Source: Candidatus Levyibacteriota bacterium (GTDB taxonomy: Bacteria > Patescibacteriota > Microgenomatia > Levybacterales > UBA12049). From it: 64,000 nucleotides of DNA. Position numbers and translations under genes: made by a program. Of this stretch, positions 1-8,818 are shown piece by piece. Position 1 is the first letter of the stretch; each line of letters opens with the position of its first letter. The DNA lies in assembly GCA_049519175.1 (NCBI GenBank), contig JBEKQZ010000001.1, positions 107,311 to 171,310 of the forward strand, in the 5' to 3' direction. The notes beneath the pieces are model-generated. The model searched no databases. It was not told the DNA's origin and was given only the letters and a program-made list of their open reading frames with translations.

Positions 1-499
1 AAAAGGCATGGGTTATTCTTTATCGGAAGATAGACGCACTTCGGCATTGGGCATAATTCCTACCGATGCTATTTTCACTCCGATTAGAAGAGTTAACTAC
101 CTGGTCTCGGCGACTAGAGTCGGAAGACAAACCAATTTGGACAAACTGACATTACAAATCTGGACCAACGGAGTCGTCAAGCCAAGAGAAGCTTTAGATG
201 AGTCGGCCAGAATTCTTTCCACCTATTTCCAGCAAGTTTACGAACCAAAAGCTTCACTGGCTGCGGAGGCAGTTGTTGCTCACGCCGGAGTTTCGGAAGG
301 CGTTTTAAGAATGACCGTTGATGAATTAGATTTGCCGACCAGAATTTATAACAGTTTAAGAAACGGCGGAGTTGAAACCATCGGACAGCTTTTGGATACC
401 CCGCGAAAAGAATTAATCGGTATGCGTAACATGGGCGGAAAATCAATCGGAGTAATTGAAGAAAAGTTAAAAGAAAAAGGCATTAGCCTACAAGTCTAA
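1..499 (+). CDS. rpoA: DNA-directed RNA polymerase alpha subunit, C-terminal part; the 5' end lies outside the window
   Basis: The frame is open from the window start. It contains the alpha-NTD end and the alpha-CTD helix-hairpin-helix (DELDLPTRIYNSLRNGGVETIGQLL). Standard rpoA-rplQ gene order. Confidence 0.9.
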   Translation, partial: KGMGYSLSEDRRTSALGIIPTDAIFTPIRRVNYLVSATRVGRQTNLDKLTLQIWTNGVVKPREALDESARILSTYFQQVYEPKASLAAEAVVAHAGVSEGVLRMTVDELDLPTRIYNSLRNGGVETIGQLLDTPRKELIGMRNMGGKSIGVIEEKLKEKGISLQV

Positions 500-565
500 A
501 TCTCAAATCTTAGATCTCAAAGTAAGAAGCTAAAAATTTTTGGGATTTAAGATTTTTTTATTTGT

Positions 566-1030
566 ATGAAAAAAAATGTATACGGCCGAAAATTAAGCAG
601 GGACAAAAATGAACGGAAAGCGCTTTTTACAAGTTTAATGTCGGCGTTGGTAATGAAGGAAAGAATTATTACTACCGAAGCTAAAGCCAAAGCGATTCGG
701 GCAGATGTGGAAAAATTGGTGACTAAAGCCAAACAGGGCAGTAACGCCGCCAAATTAGTTTTACAACAGAGCTTATCTAAAGACGCTTTTGAAAAAATGC
801 TCAATAACATCGCGCCACGGTTCACTCAAAAACAAGGTGGATATGTGCGGCTCATCAAAGCGGGGAAAAGATTCGGTGATGACGCGCCGGTTGTCGTAAT
901 GGAGTGGACGGAAGTGGCGTCAGCCATTGTTCCGGTTCAAACAGCCAAGAAAGTCAAAGCCGTAAAACCGGTTAAAAAAGCGCCAGTCAAAAAGACAACA
1001 AAGAAAGTAGTAGTCAAAAAAGCTAAATAA
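566..1030 (+). CDS. rplQ: 50S ribosomal protein L17 with Lys-rich C-terminal tail
   Basis: L17 family sequence (GRKLSRDKNERKALF...YVRLIKAGKRFGD) directly after rpoA, followed by a K/V-rich extension. Confidence 0.9.
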   Translation: MKKNVYGRKLSRDKNERKALFTSLMSALVMKERIITTEAKAKAIRADVEKLVTKAKQGSNAAKLVLQQSLSKDAFEKMLNNIAPRFTQKQGGYVRLIKAGKRFGDDAPVVVMEWTEVASAIVPVQTAKKVKAVKPVKKAPVKKTTKKVVVKKAK

Positions 1031-1031
1031 T

Positions 1032-1490
1032 ATGTTAAAACTAACTAAAGCAACCAAAGTAAGCGAAATTAAAAGAGAGTGGCACTTAATCGACATTAAA
1101 GACGAAACTCTGGGAAGGGTGGCGTCCAGAATCGCCCAGCTTTTAATGGGTAAAAGCAAAGCTAATTTTGTCAGAAACCTGGACTGTGGAGATTACGTCG
1201 TGGTCATCAACGCCAAAGACGTTAAAACCACCGGTAACAAGGAAAAGCAGAAAGAATATTACCGGCATTCCGGTTATCCGGGCGGATTTAGACGAGAAAC
1301 TTTAGAAAAATTAAGAATCAGAAAGCCGACCGAGGTTATCAGACACGCAGTCGCGGGAATGGTGCCACAAAACCGCTTAAAAGCGTCAATGCTAAAAAGG
1401 CTTTACGTTTTCCCGACAGAGACGCATACTTATAGAGATAAATTCAAAACTCAAAATGCAAATGTCAAAAGTGAAGAAGTAGCGAAATAA
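1032..1490 (+). CDS. rplM: 50S ribosomal protein L13
   Basis: L13 signature (EWHLIDIKDETLGRVASRIAQLLMGK, VVVINAKDVKTTGNK). Conserved rplM-rpsI pair. Confidence 0.9.
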   Translation: MLKLTKATKVSEIKREWHLIDIKDETLGRVASRIAQLLMGKSKANFVRNLDCGDYVVVINAKDVKTTGNKEKQKEYYRHSGYPGGFRRETLEKLRIRKPTEVIRHAVAGMVPQNRLKASMLKRLYVFPTETHTYRDKFKTQNANVKSEEVAK

Positions 1491-1491
1491 T

Positions 1492-1923
1492 ATGGCAGAA
1501 AAAACTTATCAATCATTCACCGGAAAAAGAAAAGAAGCAGTCGCCAGACTCAGGCTTTACGCGCATGGTTTGCCAACGGTGGCCGGGATGGAGATTAAAA
1601 AAGGTGACATTATCGTTAACGGCAAAAAAGCGGAAGTTTATTTTGGCGGAATTGTGGCAAAAGCCACTTACGAAGAACCGTTTAAAATCACCAACACTTT
1701 GGGAAAGTATACGCTGTCGGTTAAAATTGTCGGCGGCGGAACAAAGTCACAACTGGAAGCTTTTATTCACGCCGTTTCCAAAGCTCTGTCTTCTTTGGAT
1801 GAAAAAAGCAAACACATTTTAAAGAAAAAAGGTTTCTTAACCAGGGATTCCAGAGTCAGAGAGCGCAGAAAAGTGGGAATGGGCGGAAAAGCCAGACGCA
1901 AGAGACAATCTCCAAAGCGCTAA
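1492..1923 (+). CDS. rpsI: 30S ribosomal protein S9
   Basis: S9 family with the typical basic C-terminus ...RRKRQSPKR. Starts 1 nt after the rplM stop. Confidence 0.9.
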   Translation: MAEKTYQSFTGKRKEAVARLRLYAHGLPTVAGMEIKKGDIIVNGKKAEVYFGGIVAKATYEEPFKITNTLGKYTLSVKIVGGGTKSQLEAFIHAVSKALSSLDEKSKHILKKKGFLTRDSRVRERRKVGMGGKARRKRQSPKR

Positions 1924-2174
1924 ACCTCTATGATAAATCGTGAAGTCGCACATCAAATCACAGTTCCGCTGCCAGGTGTTATCTACAGTTTTCATCCTGA
2001 TGGCAGAGTTTTTGCCGACGGAAAGCGACATCTGTATTTTTCGCGAGAAGAAATTCCTCAATCAAAAGAAATAAGCCACAGAAATCATAAATAATCTCGC
2101 CACCTCCGTCTAATTTAGGTTTCCCCCTTAGCTAATTGTTAATAATTTAATTCTAAGGAGTATAGATTGGAAGA

Positions 2175-2492
2175 TTATCTTCTCCAAAAAGCGACAAAAA
2201 AACTAACTAGAAGATAAATTAAAAGTAATTGCCATAAAACAATGCCAATAAGAGCGGTGCTTAGAGCTAAAGCAATCAGTTCACGGCTTAAGCCATATAC
2301 AGTTATTAAAAGCGCAGCAATTCGGCCTAAAACAAAAAGCGTGAAAAGGCCGATGATCGGCGAAAAGATTACCGGTAATAAGACGGGGCGTCTCGTCACC
2401 TCACGAACCGTAGAAAAAGGATGGAAAGTAAGCCCGAGCAAAGTTTTCGTCCAAACATAAGCCACAAAAATTAGGAAAATGTTTTTCTTCAT
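2175..2492 (-). CDS. small polytopic membrane protein, unknown function (last gene of the sigma/anti-sigma operon)
   Basis: 105-aa ORF with about 3 predicted TM helices. Its start overlaps the stop of the upstream minus-strand ORF (ATGA). Confidence 0.45.
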   Translation of the reverse strand: MKKNIFLIFVAYVWTKTLLGLTFHPFSTVREVTRRPVLLPVIFSPIIGLFTLFVLGRIAALLITVYGLSRELIALALSTALIGIVLWQLLLIYLLVSFFVAFWRR

Positions 2493-2716
2493 AATTTTCC
2501 AAAAACCTTTAAGATAAATTCGTCATAAGGTTTACCAAAAGCTAAATGAAAAACAAGAGTAAGAATAATGGCGAGGGGGACTAGAATTCTCCACGGATGG
2601 TTGCCAAGCCAAATGCTAACCGACGAAAAAACCCGAGGCATTGGCATGCTTTTAATAAGTTTTTCCTGCTCTTTTGCCCGTTCTTGCAGTTTCCGAATAA
2701 ATTCACGCTCGTTCAT
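2489..2716 (-). CDS. putative anti-sigma factor (single-pass membrane protein)
   Basis: 75-aa ORF overlapping the ECF sigma gene stop by 14 nt. Charged N-terminus plus one TM helix (ILVPLAIILTLVFHLAF), the typical position and architecture of a cognate anti-sigma. Confidence 0.4.
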   Translation of the reverse strand: MNEREFIRKLQERAKEQEKLIKSMPMPRVFSSVSIWLGNHPWRILVPLAIILTLVFHLAFGKPYDEFILKVFGKL

Positions 2717-3236
2717 ATGCCAGTTTAAAGCTTTGGCGCGCCCGAAAAAGCAGAGATTCGGTGGCTTTGAAAGAAAGCTTAAACATTAGCGCAATTTCCT
2801 TAATCGGAATCCGGTCTTCATAGTGAAGCTGAAGCACTTTTTTGTATAAATCCGGAAGACTCTTAAAGGCGAATTCAATCTTGTCTCTAATTTTATTTTT
2901 TTCGAATTGGAATTCAGGCTGGTGCATTTCGCTTGCCACAATTTCAAGATAAGGAACTTGCGATAAAAGTAGCGCTTTAATCTTCCTTTTTCGGTAATAA
3001 TCAACTGCTTTATGATGGGCTATTTTAAAAACCCATGCTTGCAGATTTTCACTTTTTTTAAGCATCGATATAGAATCGATGGCATCAAGAAAGACATCAT
3101 TAAGCACTTCCTGAGCGTCTTCTTCTCGTGGTAAACGCTTAACAAGGTAGCCAAAGATCCGAGGAGAGTAGTTTTTGTAAAACTCAGTTACTGCTTGCGA
3201 ATCGCCGGAAATGATACGTTCTACAAGTGGCTTCAT
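2703..3236 (-). CDS. RNA polymerase sigma-70 family ECF sigma factor
   Basis: 177 aa with a region-2-like segment (FYKNYSPRIFGYLVKRLPREEDAQEVLNDVFL...AWVFKIAHHKAVDYYRKRK) and a region-4 HTH (YKKVLQLHYEDRIPIKEIALMFKLSFKATESLLFRARQ). Confidence 0.85.
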   Translation of the reverse strand: MKPLVERIISGDSQAVTEFYKNYSPRIFGYLVKRLPREEDAQEVLNDVFLDAIDSISMLKKSENLQAWVFKIAHHKAVDYYRKRKIKALLLSQVPYLEIVASEMHQPEFQFEKNKIRDKIEFAFKSLPDLYKKVLQLHYEDRIPIKEIALMFKLSFKATESLLFRARQSFKLAYERA

Positions 3237-3312
3237 GGCTAGAGTATAGCATTATCGAATGATTAGAGCAATTTTTGCGACTAATAGATATACCCTTTTT
3301 GGGGTGGTTATT

Positions 3313-3837
3313 ATGTATTTGCACGAAATAAAATTTGATTCAACCAAGCATACCTACATCAAAGATATTACTCAAGTAATAAATGATGTAATTAAGAAAA
3401 CAAAAACCAAGCAGGGTTTTGCGGTTGTGTCAAGCAGGAACACGACTTTGGGTATCATTGTCAATGAAATTGCAGAACCAAACCTAATTAGTGATGTTAT
3501 TAACCACTCTTTAGAAAGTGTCAATGAGGATAAAAGGTCAACGCGAGTGACTAAGCATTATCAATACCCAACGGGTGATTATAAACACCGCTGTCAGGAC
3601 AATCCGTTTTGCAACGAAGTAGACGAAGATTACAATGCCGCTTCACACATCCGCGCTTTATCCTTTTCCCATGCAAGCGTTACTGTGCCGATACGAGACG
3701 GAAAATTAGAATTAGGAAAATATCAGCAAGTGGCGCTGTTTGAATTTGACGGAAGAGACGGTAAAGGCAAAAACCCTATCCGAAAAAGAACTGTTCAAAT
3801 CTGGATTTCCCCATCCGAAAATTTAGAAATTATTTAA
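3313..3837 (+). CDS. YjbQ/UPF0047 family protein (secondary thiamine-phosphate synthase-like fold)
   Basis: Aligns to E. coli YjbQ blocks (SSRNTTLGIIVNEIAEPNL ~ HTSASLTLNENCDP; ASHIRALSFSHASVTVPIRDGKLELGKYQQVALFEFDG ~ [34 protein letters not shown]). The ORF is open from 3259; ATG 3313 is chosen as start. Confidence 0.7.
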   Translation: MYLHEIKFDSTKHTYIKDITQVINDVIKKTKTKQGFAVVSSRNTTLGIIVNEIAEPNLISDVINHSLESVNEDKRSTRVTKHYQYPTGDYKHRCQDNPFCNEVDEDYNAASHIRALSFSHASVTVPIRDGKLELGKYQQVALFEFDGRDGKGKNPIRKRTVQIWISPSENLEII

Positions 3838-3984
3838 TCACAGACCAATCACGCCCGCCACCCCCGCCTGGTTATAAATATGTTTGGAGAGAGACGAAAA
3901 GAGAATATTAAATTTAATTAATTTATTAATTAGAAAATATCAATTAAAATCCTGAGTGGAATGATATATAATAGGTAGATAATT

Positions 3985-4055
3985 CGGGGTGTAGTTTACC
4001 GGTAGAATGCGCGCATGGGGTGCGTGTGGACTGAGTTCAATTCTCAGCACCCCGA
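3985..4055 (+). tRNA. tRNA-Pro (anticodon GGG), about 71 nt without encoded CCA
   Basis: Hand-folded: acceptor CGGGGTG/CACCCCG (7 bp) and T-arm CTGAG-TTCAATT-CTCAG. Anticodon stem CGCGC/GCGTG with loop ATGGGGT (U33, anticodon GGG, G37). D-loop contains GG. The D-stem is weak (GU/AU pairs). Confidence 0.6.
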
Positions 4056-4118
4056 CAAGACAATATTGACCTATATTGATATCTTGAAATCGTTCGAATA
4101 AATTACTAAAATGGCTTT

Positions 4119-5195
4119 ATGGCGAAAGCAGATTCGGATAAACATAAAACTGCAAACGGTCCCTCGGAAGGCACGCAGAAAATGGAAGCAGTCAAGTTGG
4201 CGATGGAGCAAATCGAAAAACAATATGGTCGCGGCAGCATTATGCGCTTTGGCGACACTGGCCAGAAATTTGATATTTCCGTTATCTCCACAGGCTGTCT
4301 TCCCCTCGATTTAGCACTCGGAGTAGGTGGAGTGCCAAGAGGGAGAGTCATCGAAATTTACGGTCCGGAGGCTTCGGGAAAAACCACCGTTTGCCTGTCA
4401 ATTATTGCGCAAGCGCAAAAACATAACGGCATCGCCGCTTTTATTGACGCCGAACACGCGCTTGATCCGCTATGGGCGGAACGCATCGGCGTTAAATTAG
4501 ATGAGCTGTTAATTTCCCAGCCGGATACCGGCGAACAGGCTTTGGAAATTGCCGAAAGTTTAATCCGTTCTGGTGGCATTGACGTTTTGGTCATCGATTC
4601 AGTCGCCGCGTTAGTGCCAAGGGCAGAAATCGAAGGCGAAATGGGAGATTCAATGATGGGCTTACAAGCTAGGCTAATGTCACAAGCGTTAAGAAAGCTA
4701 ACGGCGGTAATCTCCAAATCAAAAACAGTCGTCATCTTCACCAATCAATTACGCCAAAAAATCGGAGTCATGTTTGGCAATCCCGAAACAACGACCGGGG
4801 GACTCGCGCTTAAATTTTATTCGTCGGTTAGGATGGATATCCGCAAAATCGAAAGCCTTAAGGAAGGCGACCGGGTAATTGGTTCAAGGCACAGAGTTAA
4901 AGTCGTCAAAAATAAAGTGTCTTCCCCATTTAGGATTGCCGAGTTTGATGTGATGGGCGACACCGGAATTTCTAGGGAAGGCGGCATTATGGATGTCGGA
5001 GTGGAAATGGGTATTGTGCAAAAGTCCGGAGCGTTTTTCCGCTACGGTGAATTAATGCTTGGGCAAGGCAAACAGGCGTCGATGATTTTCTTAAAAGAAA
5101 AACCGGAGGTGGCCAAAAAAATTGTCGATGATATTAATGCCAAAAGCAAAACCACCAGCGCTCCCGTTGAAGTAGGCATCGAGACCAAAGAATAG
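4119..5195 (+). CDS. recA: recombinase RecA
   Basis: Walker A (GPEASGKTT), RecA L1/L2 regions, and a [17 protein letters not shown]-terminal motif. The start may instead be the internal Met at 4182. Confidence 0.95.
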   Translation: MAKADSDKHKTANGPSEGTQKMEAVKLAMEQIEKQYGRGSIMRFGDTGQKFDISVISTGCLPLDLALGVGGVPRGRVIEIYGPEASGKTTVCLSIIAQAQKHNGIAAFIDAEHALDPLWAERIGVKLDELLISQPDTGEQALEIAESLIRSGGIDVLVIDSVAALVPRAEIEGEMGDSMMGLQARLMSQALRKLTAVISKSKTVVIFTNQLRQKIGVMFGNPETTTGGLALKFYSSVRMDIRKIESLKEGDRVIGSRHRVKVVKNKVSSPFRIAEFDVMGDTGISREGGIMDVGVEMGIVQKSGAFFRYGELMLGQGKQASMIFLKEKPEVAKKIVDDINAKSKTTSAPVEVGIETKE

Positions 5196-5198
5196 TTA

Positions 5199-5666
5199 AT
5201 GGACGATTTTGCAAAATTCTACAAAGCCACGGTTCGTTTTTTGTCGTTTAGGCCCCGCAGTGAAAAAGAATTAAGAGATTATCTCACCAAGAAAAAGTGC
5301 GACGATTTAACTTCAAAACAGATTCTTGAATCACTCAAAAGAGATAAGTTTCTCAATGACGAAGAATTCATCCGCTGGTGGGTGGAACAGCGGACAATTT
5401 TAAAACCGAAAGCAATGAGAGTAATCAAGTTTGAATTAAAACAAAAAGGTATCAATAAAGAGTTGCTTGACAGTTTTTTCGAAGAGAATGAAGATTCAAA
5501 TTCAGACTTCACGAATGCTTTAAAGTTGGCGGAGAAGAAATTAAGAACGATTCATGATCGGTCGGAAAGACGGAAAGTTCAAGAAAAGCTTGGCCGCTAT
5601 TTAGCCAGCAAAGGTTTTGATTGGGATACTGTAAAAGCAGTCATTGACCAAATTTTGGCAAAATAG
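5199..5666 (+). CDS. recX: recombination regulator RecX
   Basis: 155-aa helical-repeat protein immediately after recA. RecX-like repeats (LRDYLTKKKCDD..., EEFIRWWVEQR, GRYLASKGFDWDTV). Confidence 0.8.
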   Translation: MDDFAKFYKATVRFLSFRPRSEKELRDYLTKKKCDDLTSKQILESLKRDKFLNDEEFIRWWVEQRTILKPKAMRVIKFELKQKGINKELLDSFFEENEDSNSDFTNALKLAEKKLRTIHDRSERRKVQEKLGRYLASKGFDWDTVKAVIDQILAK

Positions 5667-5770
5667 TATAATAGAAAAGACAAAAGGACATTATATGGAG
5701 AAATTTTTGTTCACACCATATTTAACCGCATAACTCACAGAGTTGAGCGTTCCCTTTTGTCCGCAAATTT

Positions 5771-7012
5771 ATGGCAGATCAAGACTTAATACAACTCGAA
5801 AAGAAACTCTTAGAAAGAGAAGAAAAATTAGAGCAGGAAAGACAAAAGCTTGCGGAATTAAAAGATAAATATCAGGAAAAGCTGGAAAAAGTTTCCGCTT
5901 TAACCCCCGAACAGGCCAAAAAAGAAATGTTTGACCAAGTTGAGCTAAACGAAGCTAAAGCTGTGGCCAAAATCATCAAAGAGCGGGAAGACGAAGCCAA
6001 AGCCACCGCCGATAAAAAGGCGCAGGAAATTTTAATGGACAGCATGCGTTTTGGCGCGGTCAATTATATTGCCGAATACACAGTTTCAATTGTCAAAATC
6101 CCCGACGAAGATATTAAAGGCCGAATTATTGGTAAAGAAGGTAGAAATATCCGCGCTTTTGAACAGGCGACCGGTGTGGATGTTGATTTAGACGAAGAAG
6201 GAGTAATTCGACTTTCGTCTTTTGACCAGGTGCGAAGAGAAGTTGCCAGACGTGCTTTGGAAAAATTAATCAAAGACACCAGGGTGCAGCCCTTCCGGAT
6301 TGAAGAATTGGTCGCGGAAACCAAAAAAGAAGTCGAAAAAATCATGTTTGAAGAGGGAGAAAAGTTAACTCACGAAGCCGGAGTTTTTAATCTCTCTAAA
6401 GAAATTATCGAAGTTTTGGGTCGATTTAAATTTAGAACTTCCTACGGACAAAACCTGATTATCCACACTTTGGAAGATGTAAAAATCGGCGTGCACATTG
6501 CCGAAGAAGTCGGAGCCAATGTTAACATCGTTCGGCTTGGTTGTCTGTTCCACGACATCGGAAAAGTGCTGGAAGGCGAAGGCAGCCACGTCACTTTAGG
6601 AGTAGAATTCTTAAAAAAGCACGGTATTCCTGATTTAATTGTTAATTGTGTTGCCGAACATCATGAAGACAAACCGTTCTCGTCAATGGAATCGGTAATT
6701 GTGCATATTGCCGACCAGATTTCGGGAGCCAGACCGGGAGCACGCTATGAAGACGTGGAAAATTATGGCAAGCGGTTGACGGAAATGGAAGAAATTGCCA
6801 AAAAATATGAAGGCGTCGAAGACGCATACGCTTTTGAAGCCGGCAGAGAATTAAGAGTGATTATCAATCCTGGCAAACTGGATGATGCACAAACGACAGT
6901 GGTTGCCAATAAAATCAGAGATGAAGTCAGTAAATCGCAGGCAGTGGCGGGAGAAATAAAAGTTACCGCCATTCGGGAATTCCGCGCCGTTGCTACCGAA
7001 TTCGCTTCCTAA
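5771..7012 (+). CDS. rny: ribonuclease Y (KH + HD domain endoribonuclease); no N-terminal TM helix apparent
   Basis: N-terminal coiled coil, KH domain (IIGKEGRNIRAFEQATGVDVDLDEE), HD domain (HDIGKV...AEHHED). 413 aa. Confidence 0.85.
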   Translation: MADQDLIQLEKKLLEREEKLEQERQKLAELKDKYQEKLEKVSALTPEQAKKEMFDQVELNEAKAVAKIIKEREDEAKATADKKAQEILMDSMRFGAVNYIAEYTVSIVKIPDEDIKGRIIGKEGRNIRAFEQATGVDVDLDEEGVIRLSSFDQVRREVARRALEKLIKDTRVQPFRIEELVAETKKEVEKIMFEEGEKLTHEAGVFNLSKEIIEVLGRFKFRTSYGQNLIIHTLEDVKIGVHIAEEVGANVNIVRLGCLFHDIGKVLEGEGSHVTLGVEFLKKHGIPDLIVNCVAEHHEDKPFSSMESVIVHIADQISGARPGARYEDVENYGKRLTEMEEIAKKYEGVEDAYAFEAGRELRVIINPGKLDDAQTTVVANKIRDEVSKSQAVAGEIKVTAIREFRAVATEFAS

Positions 7013-7030
7013 AATTCTTCAAAAAAGGAC

Positions 7031-7059
7031 TTGACAACGCTTTGTTTAGCTTGTATTGT
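7031..7059 (+). promoter_or_regulatory. sigma70-like promoter for hup (TTGACA-17 nt-TATTGT)
   Basis: -35 TTGACA at 7031-7036, 17-nt spacer, -10 TATTGT at 7054-7059. AAGGAGGTG RBS at 7077-7085, then TTG start at 7093. Confidence 0.4.
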
Positions 7060-7092
7060 TAATGTATTCTAAAATTAAGGAGGTGAATTAAA

Positions 7093-7365
7093 TTGACAAA
7101 AAAAGATCTCGTTGAACTCGTCGCCAAAAAAGGAAATCTCACACGCAAAGCTTCCAAAGAAGCCGTCGCTGCTCTTTTAAACGGCATTCGGGATTCACTC
7201 AAAAGAGGAGAAAAAGTGGTAATTACTGGGTTTGGTACGTTCTCGATTAGAAAAAGAGCTGCCAGACCAGGAAGAAATCCAAAGACCGGAGAAAAAATCA
7301 CCATTTCGGCCAGAAAAGCACCAGGATTTACGCCAGGTAAAACATTAAAGAAATTAGTAAGATAA
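7093..7365 (+). CDS. hup: DNA-binding protein HU
   Basis: HU/IHF family 90 aa (GFGTFSIRKRAARPGRNPKTGEKITI). TTG start with a strong SD. Confidence 0.9.
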   Translation: MTKKDLVELVAKKGNLTRKASKEAVAALLNGIRDSLKRGEKVVITGFGTFSIRKRAARPGRNPKTGEKITISARKAPGFTPGKTLKKLVR

Positions 7366-7399
7366 GTCTGTCCAAGTTTAAATTTGCTATAATGCAGGT

Positions 7400-8428
7400 A
7401 TGACTTTAAGACTAAGATCGGTTTTTCTAATCGTTGTCGGACTAATGCTTGCGTGGTTTCTTTATGTGGAACGCGCGATTTTAACCCCGTTTGTTTTAGC
7501 CGCCATTTTTGCTTATATTTTTAATCCAGTTGTTAATTTCTTTTCCCGTCATTTAAAACTACCTAGAGCTCTTTCCGTTCTCATTATTTATTTAGCCATT
7601 GTCTTTATTGTCGCCATGGCAGGGCTAGCTTTTTCCGGCCGCATTATGGAAGAATCGATGGAGTTAAGACAGGAAGTAACCACGATTACAAAAACCGCTG
7701 AGCACCAAGTGAACACTTTACCGGATTGGCTAAGGCCGACGGTTAACGATACTCTGGTCAGTTTTGAAAAAGGGGCTGTTATTTCTCTTCCTTCGGTGGT
7801 ATCTTTCGTACCAAAAGCCTTTTCGCGAATTTTAAGTTTTATCGTTTTCTTATTTGCCGCTTTTTATTTTCTTAAGGAAGGCCGGAGTATGTTTGATAAG
7901 CTCTTGAATTTTGTTCCTAATGATTACAAAGTGGAAGTGGATATTCTCATCCGGAAAATCAATTCTGTTTTAAGTAGTTATTTAAGAGGCCAAATCTTTT
8001 TAGTCTTTTTTGTCGCGCTGGCTTTATTTATTGTTTTAACCATTTTGGGAGTAAAGTTTGCTTTAATTCTGGCGGTTTTTTCCGGCTTTGCCGAAATTGT
8101 CCCCATCATCGGTCCGATTGTGGCGGCGTCGGTCGCAGCACTGGCGACGTATCTTAGTGGTGGTGCAAGTTTTGGTTTAGCGCCGTTGCAGGGAGCGTTA
8201 GCGGTCGTTGTTGTTTACGCACTCATCCGTCAAATTCAAGACTATCTGGTCAATCCATACGTAATGGGAAAAATTACCAAGCTCCATCCGTTAGTAATTT
8301 TGTTTGCGGTTATTGCCGGAGAACATATCGGTGGAATCGTTGGTTTAATTTTGGCGGTGCCAATTGTAGGCGTGATAAAGATTATTTTTGAATACTCTTT
8401 GGATAAAATTAATCAAGAATCCCGCTAA
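7400..8428 (+). CDS. AI-2E family transporter (PerM/UPF0118 permease)
   Basis: 342 aa, 7-8 TM helices, conserved AI-2E C-terminal block (IPIIGPIVAASVAALATYLSGG...LILAVPIVGVIKIIFEY). Confidence 0.8.
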   Translation: MTLRLRSVFLIVVGLMLAWFLYVERAILTPFVLAAIFAYIFNPVVNFFSRHLKLPRALSVLIIYLAIVFIVAMAGLAFSGRIMEESMELRQEVTTITKTAEHQVNTLPDWLRPTVNDTLVSFEKGAVISLPSVVSFVPKAFSRILSFIVFLFAAFYFLKEGRSMFDKLLNFVPNDYKVEVDILIRKINSVLSSYLRGQIFLVFFVALALFIVLTILGVKFALILAVFSGFAEIVPIIGPIVAASVAALATYLSGGASFGLAPLQGALAVVVVYALIRQIQDYLVNPYVMGKITKLHPLVILFAVIAGEHIGGIVGLILAVPIVGVIKIIFEYSLDKINQESR

Positions 8429-8433
8429 AAAGT

Positions 8434-8780
8434 CCGCGGATGTAGTAAGCCAGATTCTGTTTAGATTGCCATCTATCTCAATACGATATTTGGTCGTTTT
8501 GGTCCGATATGCTCGGACTGCCCTTTTTTCGATGCTCCTTTAAAGCAAAGTTGTAACGCATCAGTCAAAGGTTGCAGCGGGTAGGATTGCCCGTTTCACT
8601 CCCACTCGTCTCTGTTGCTCTCAGATTCTGTTAATTCAGAATCTGTTCGAAGACCTTAACGTGGGTGAGATCTTCGAAACTAGCTATTACTAGTCGGAAC
8701 TTATGTTCCACCCCCGGCTTTATACCTGTCTGGACTTTCCTCTCGCCCCATCGGCGAGTAGCAATTCTGCATCCGCAGAC
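8434..8780 (-). ncRNA. rnpB: RNase P RNA (bacterial type), about 347 nt
   Basis: The minus strand reads CTGCGGATGCAGAATTGCTACTCGCCGATGGGGCGAGAGGAAAGTCCAGACAGG... (CR-I GGAAAGTCC). It has GGGAGTGAAACGGGC (the GTGAAA-GG conserved region) and ends ...AAACAGAATCTGGCTTACTACATCCGCGGAC (P4 3' strand ACAGAAnCCGGCTTA). The P1 helix is formed by GCGGATG / CATCCGC about 340 nt apart. There is an internal perfect hairpin CAGATTCTG-TTAATT-CAGAATCTG. The region is GC-richer than its flanks and has no ORF. Confidence 0.75.
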
Positions 8781-8818
8781 GGTGATATTCTAGCAAAAAA
8801 GGGGTCAAAAGTCACTTT

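Noticed and set aside
500-565. Possible rho-independent terminator after rpoA (AAATCTTAGATC ... GATTTAAGATTT + T7)
   Set aside because: The stem is AT-rich and imperfect with a long loop. It could be a weak terminator or just AT-rich spacer; the evidence is not strong enough.
1837-2061. 74-aa minus-strand ORF overlapping the 3' end of rpsI and the downstream spacer
   Set aside because: It overlaps a well-supported ribosomal gene on the opposite strand, has no RBS, and its composition is consistent with antisense noise.
1930-2094. 54-aa plus-strand ORF (MINREVAHQITVPLPGVIYSFHPDGRVFADGKRHLYFSREEIPQSKEISHRNHK) right after rpsI
   Set aside because: It is below the track cut-off, has no SD, and I recognise no family. 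It could be a real small protein, but the evidence is too thin to call.
4056-4118. Searched recA upstream for a LexA/Cheo (GAAC-N4-GTTC) SOS box
   Set aside because: Only a partial CGTTCGAA was found, with no convincing dyad, so no SOS operator was called.
4358-4744. 128-aa antisense ORF inside recA; similar antisense or alternative-frame ORFs inside rny (5872-6972), secA (29004-30776), acs (19788-20595), tdh (21591-22090), recJ (61105-61308) and cca (59219-60130)
   Set aside because: All lie within high-confidence conserved genes on the other strand or frame. Their translations are low-complexity (Ser/Pro/Ala-rich) and typical of spurious ORFs.
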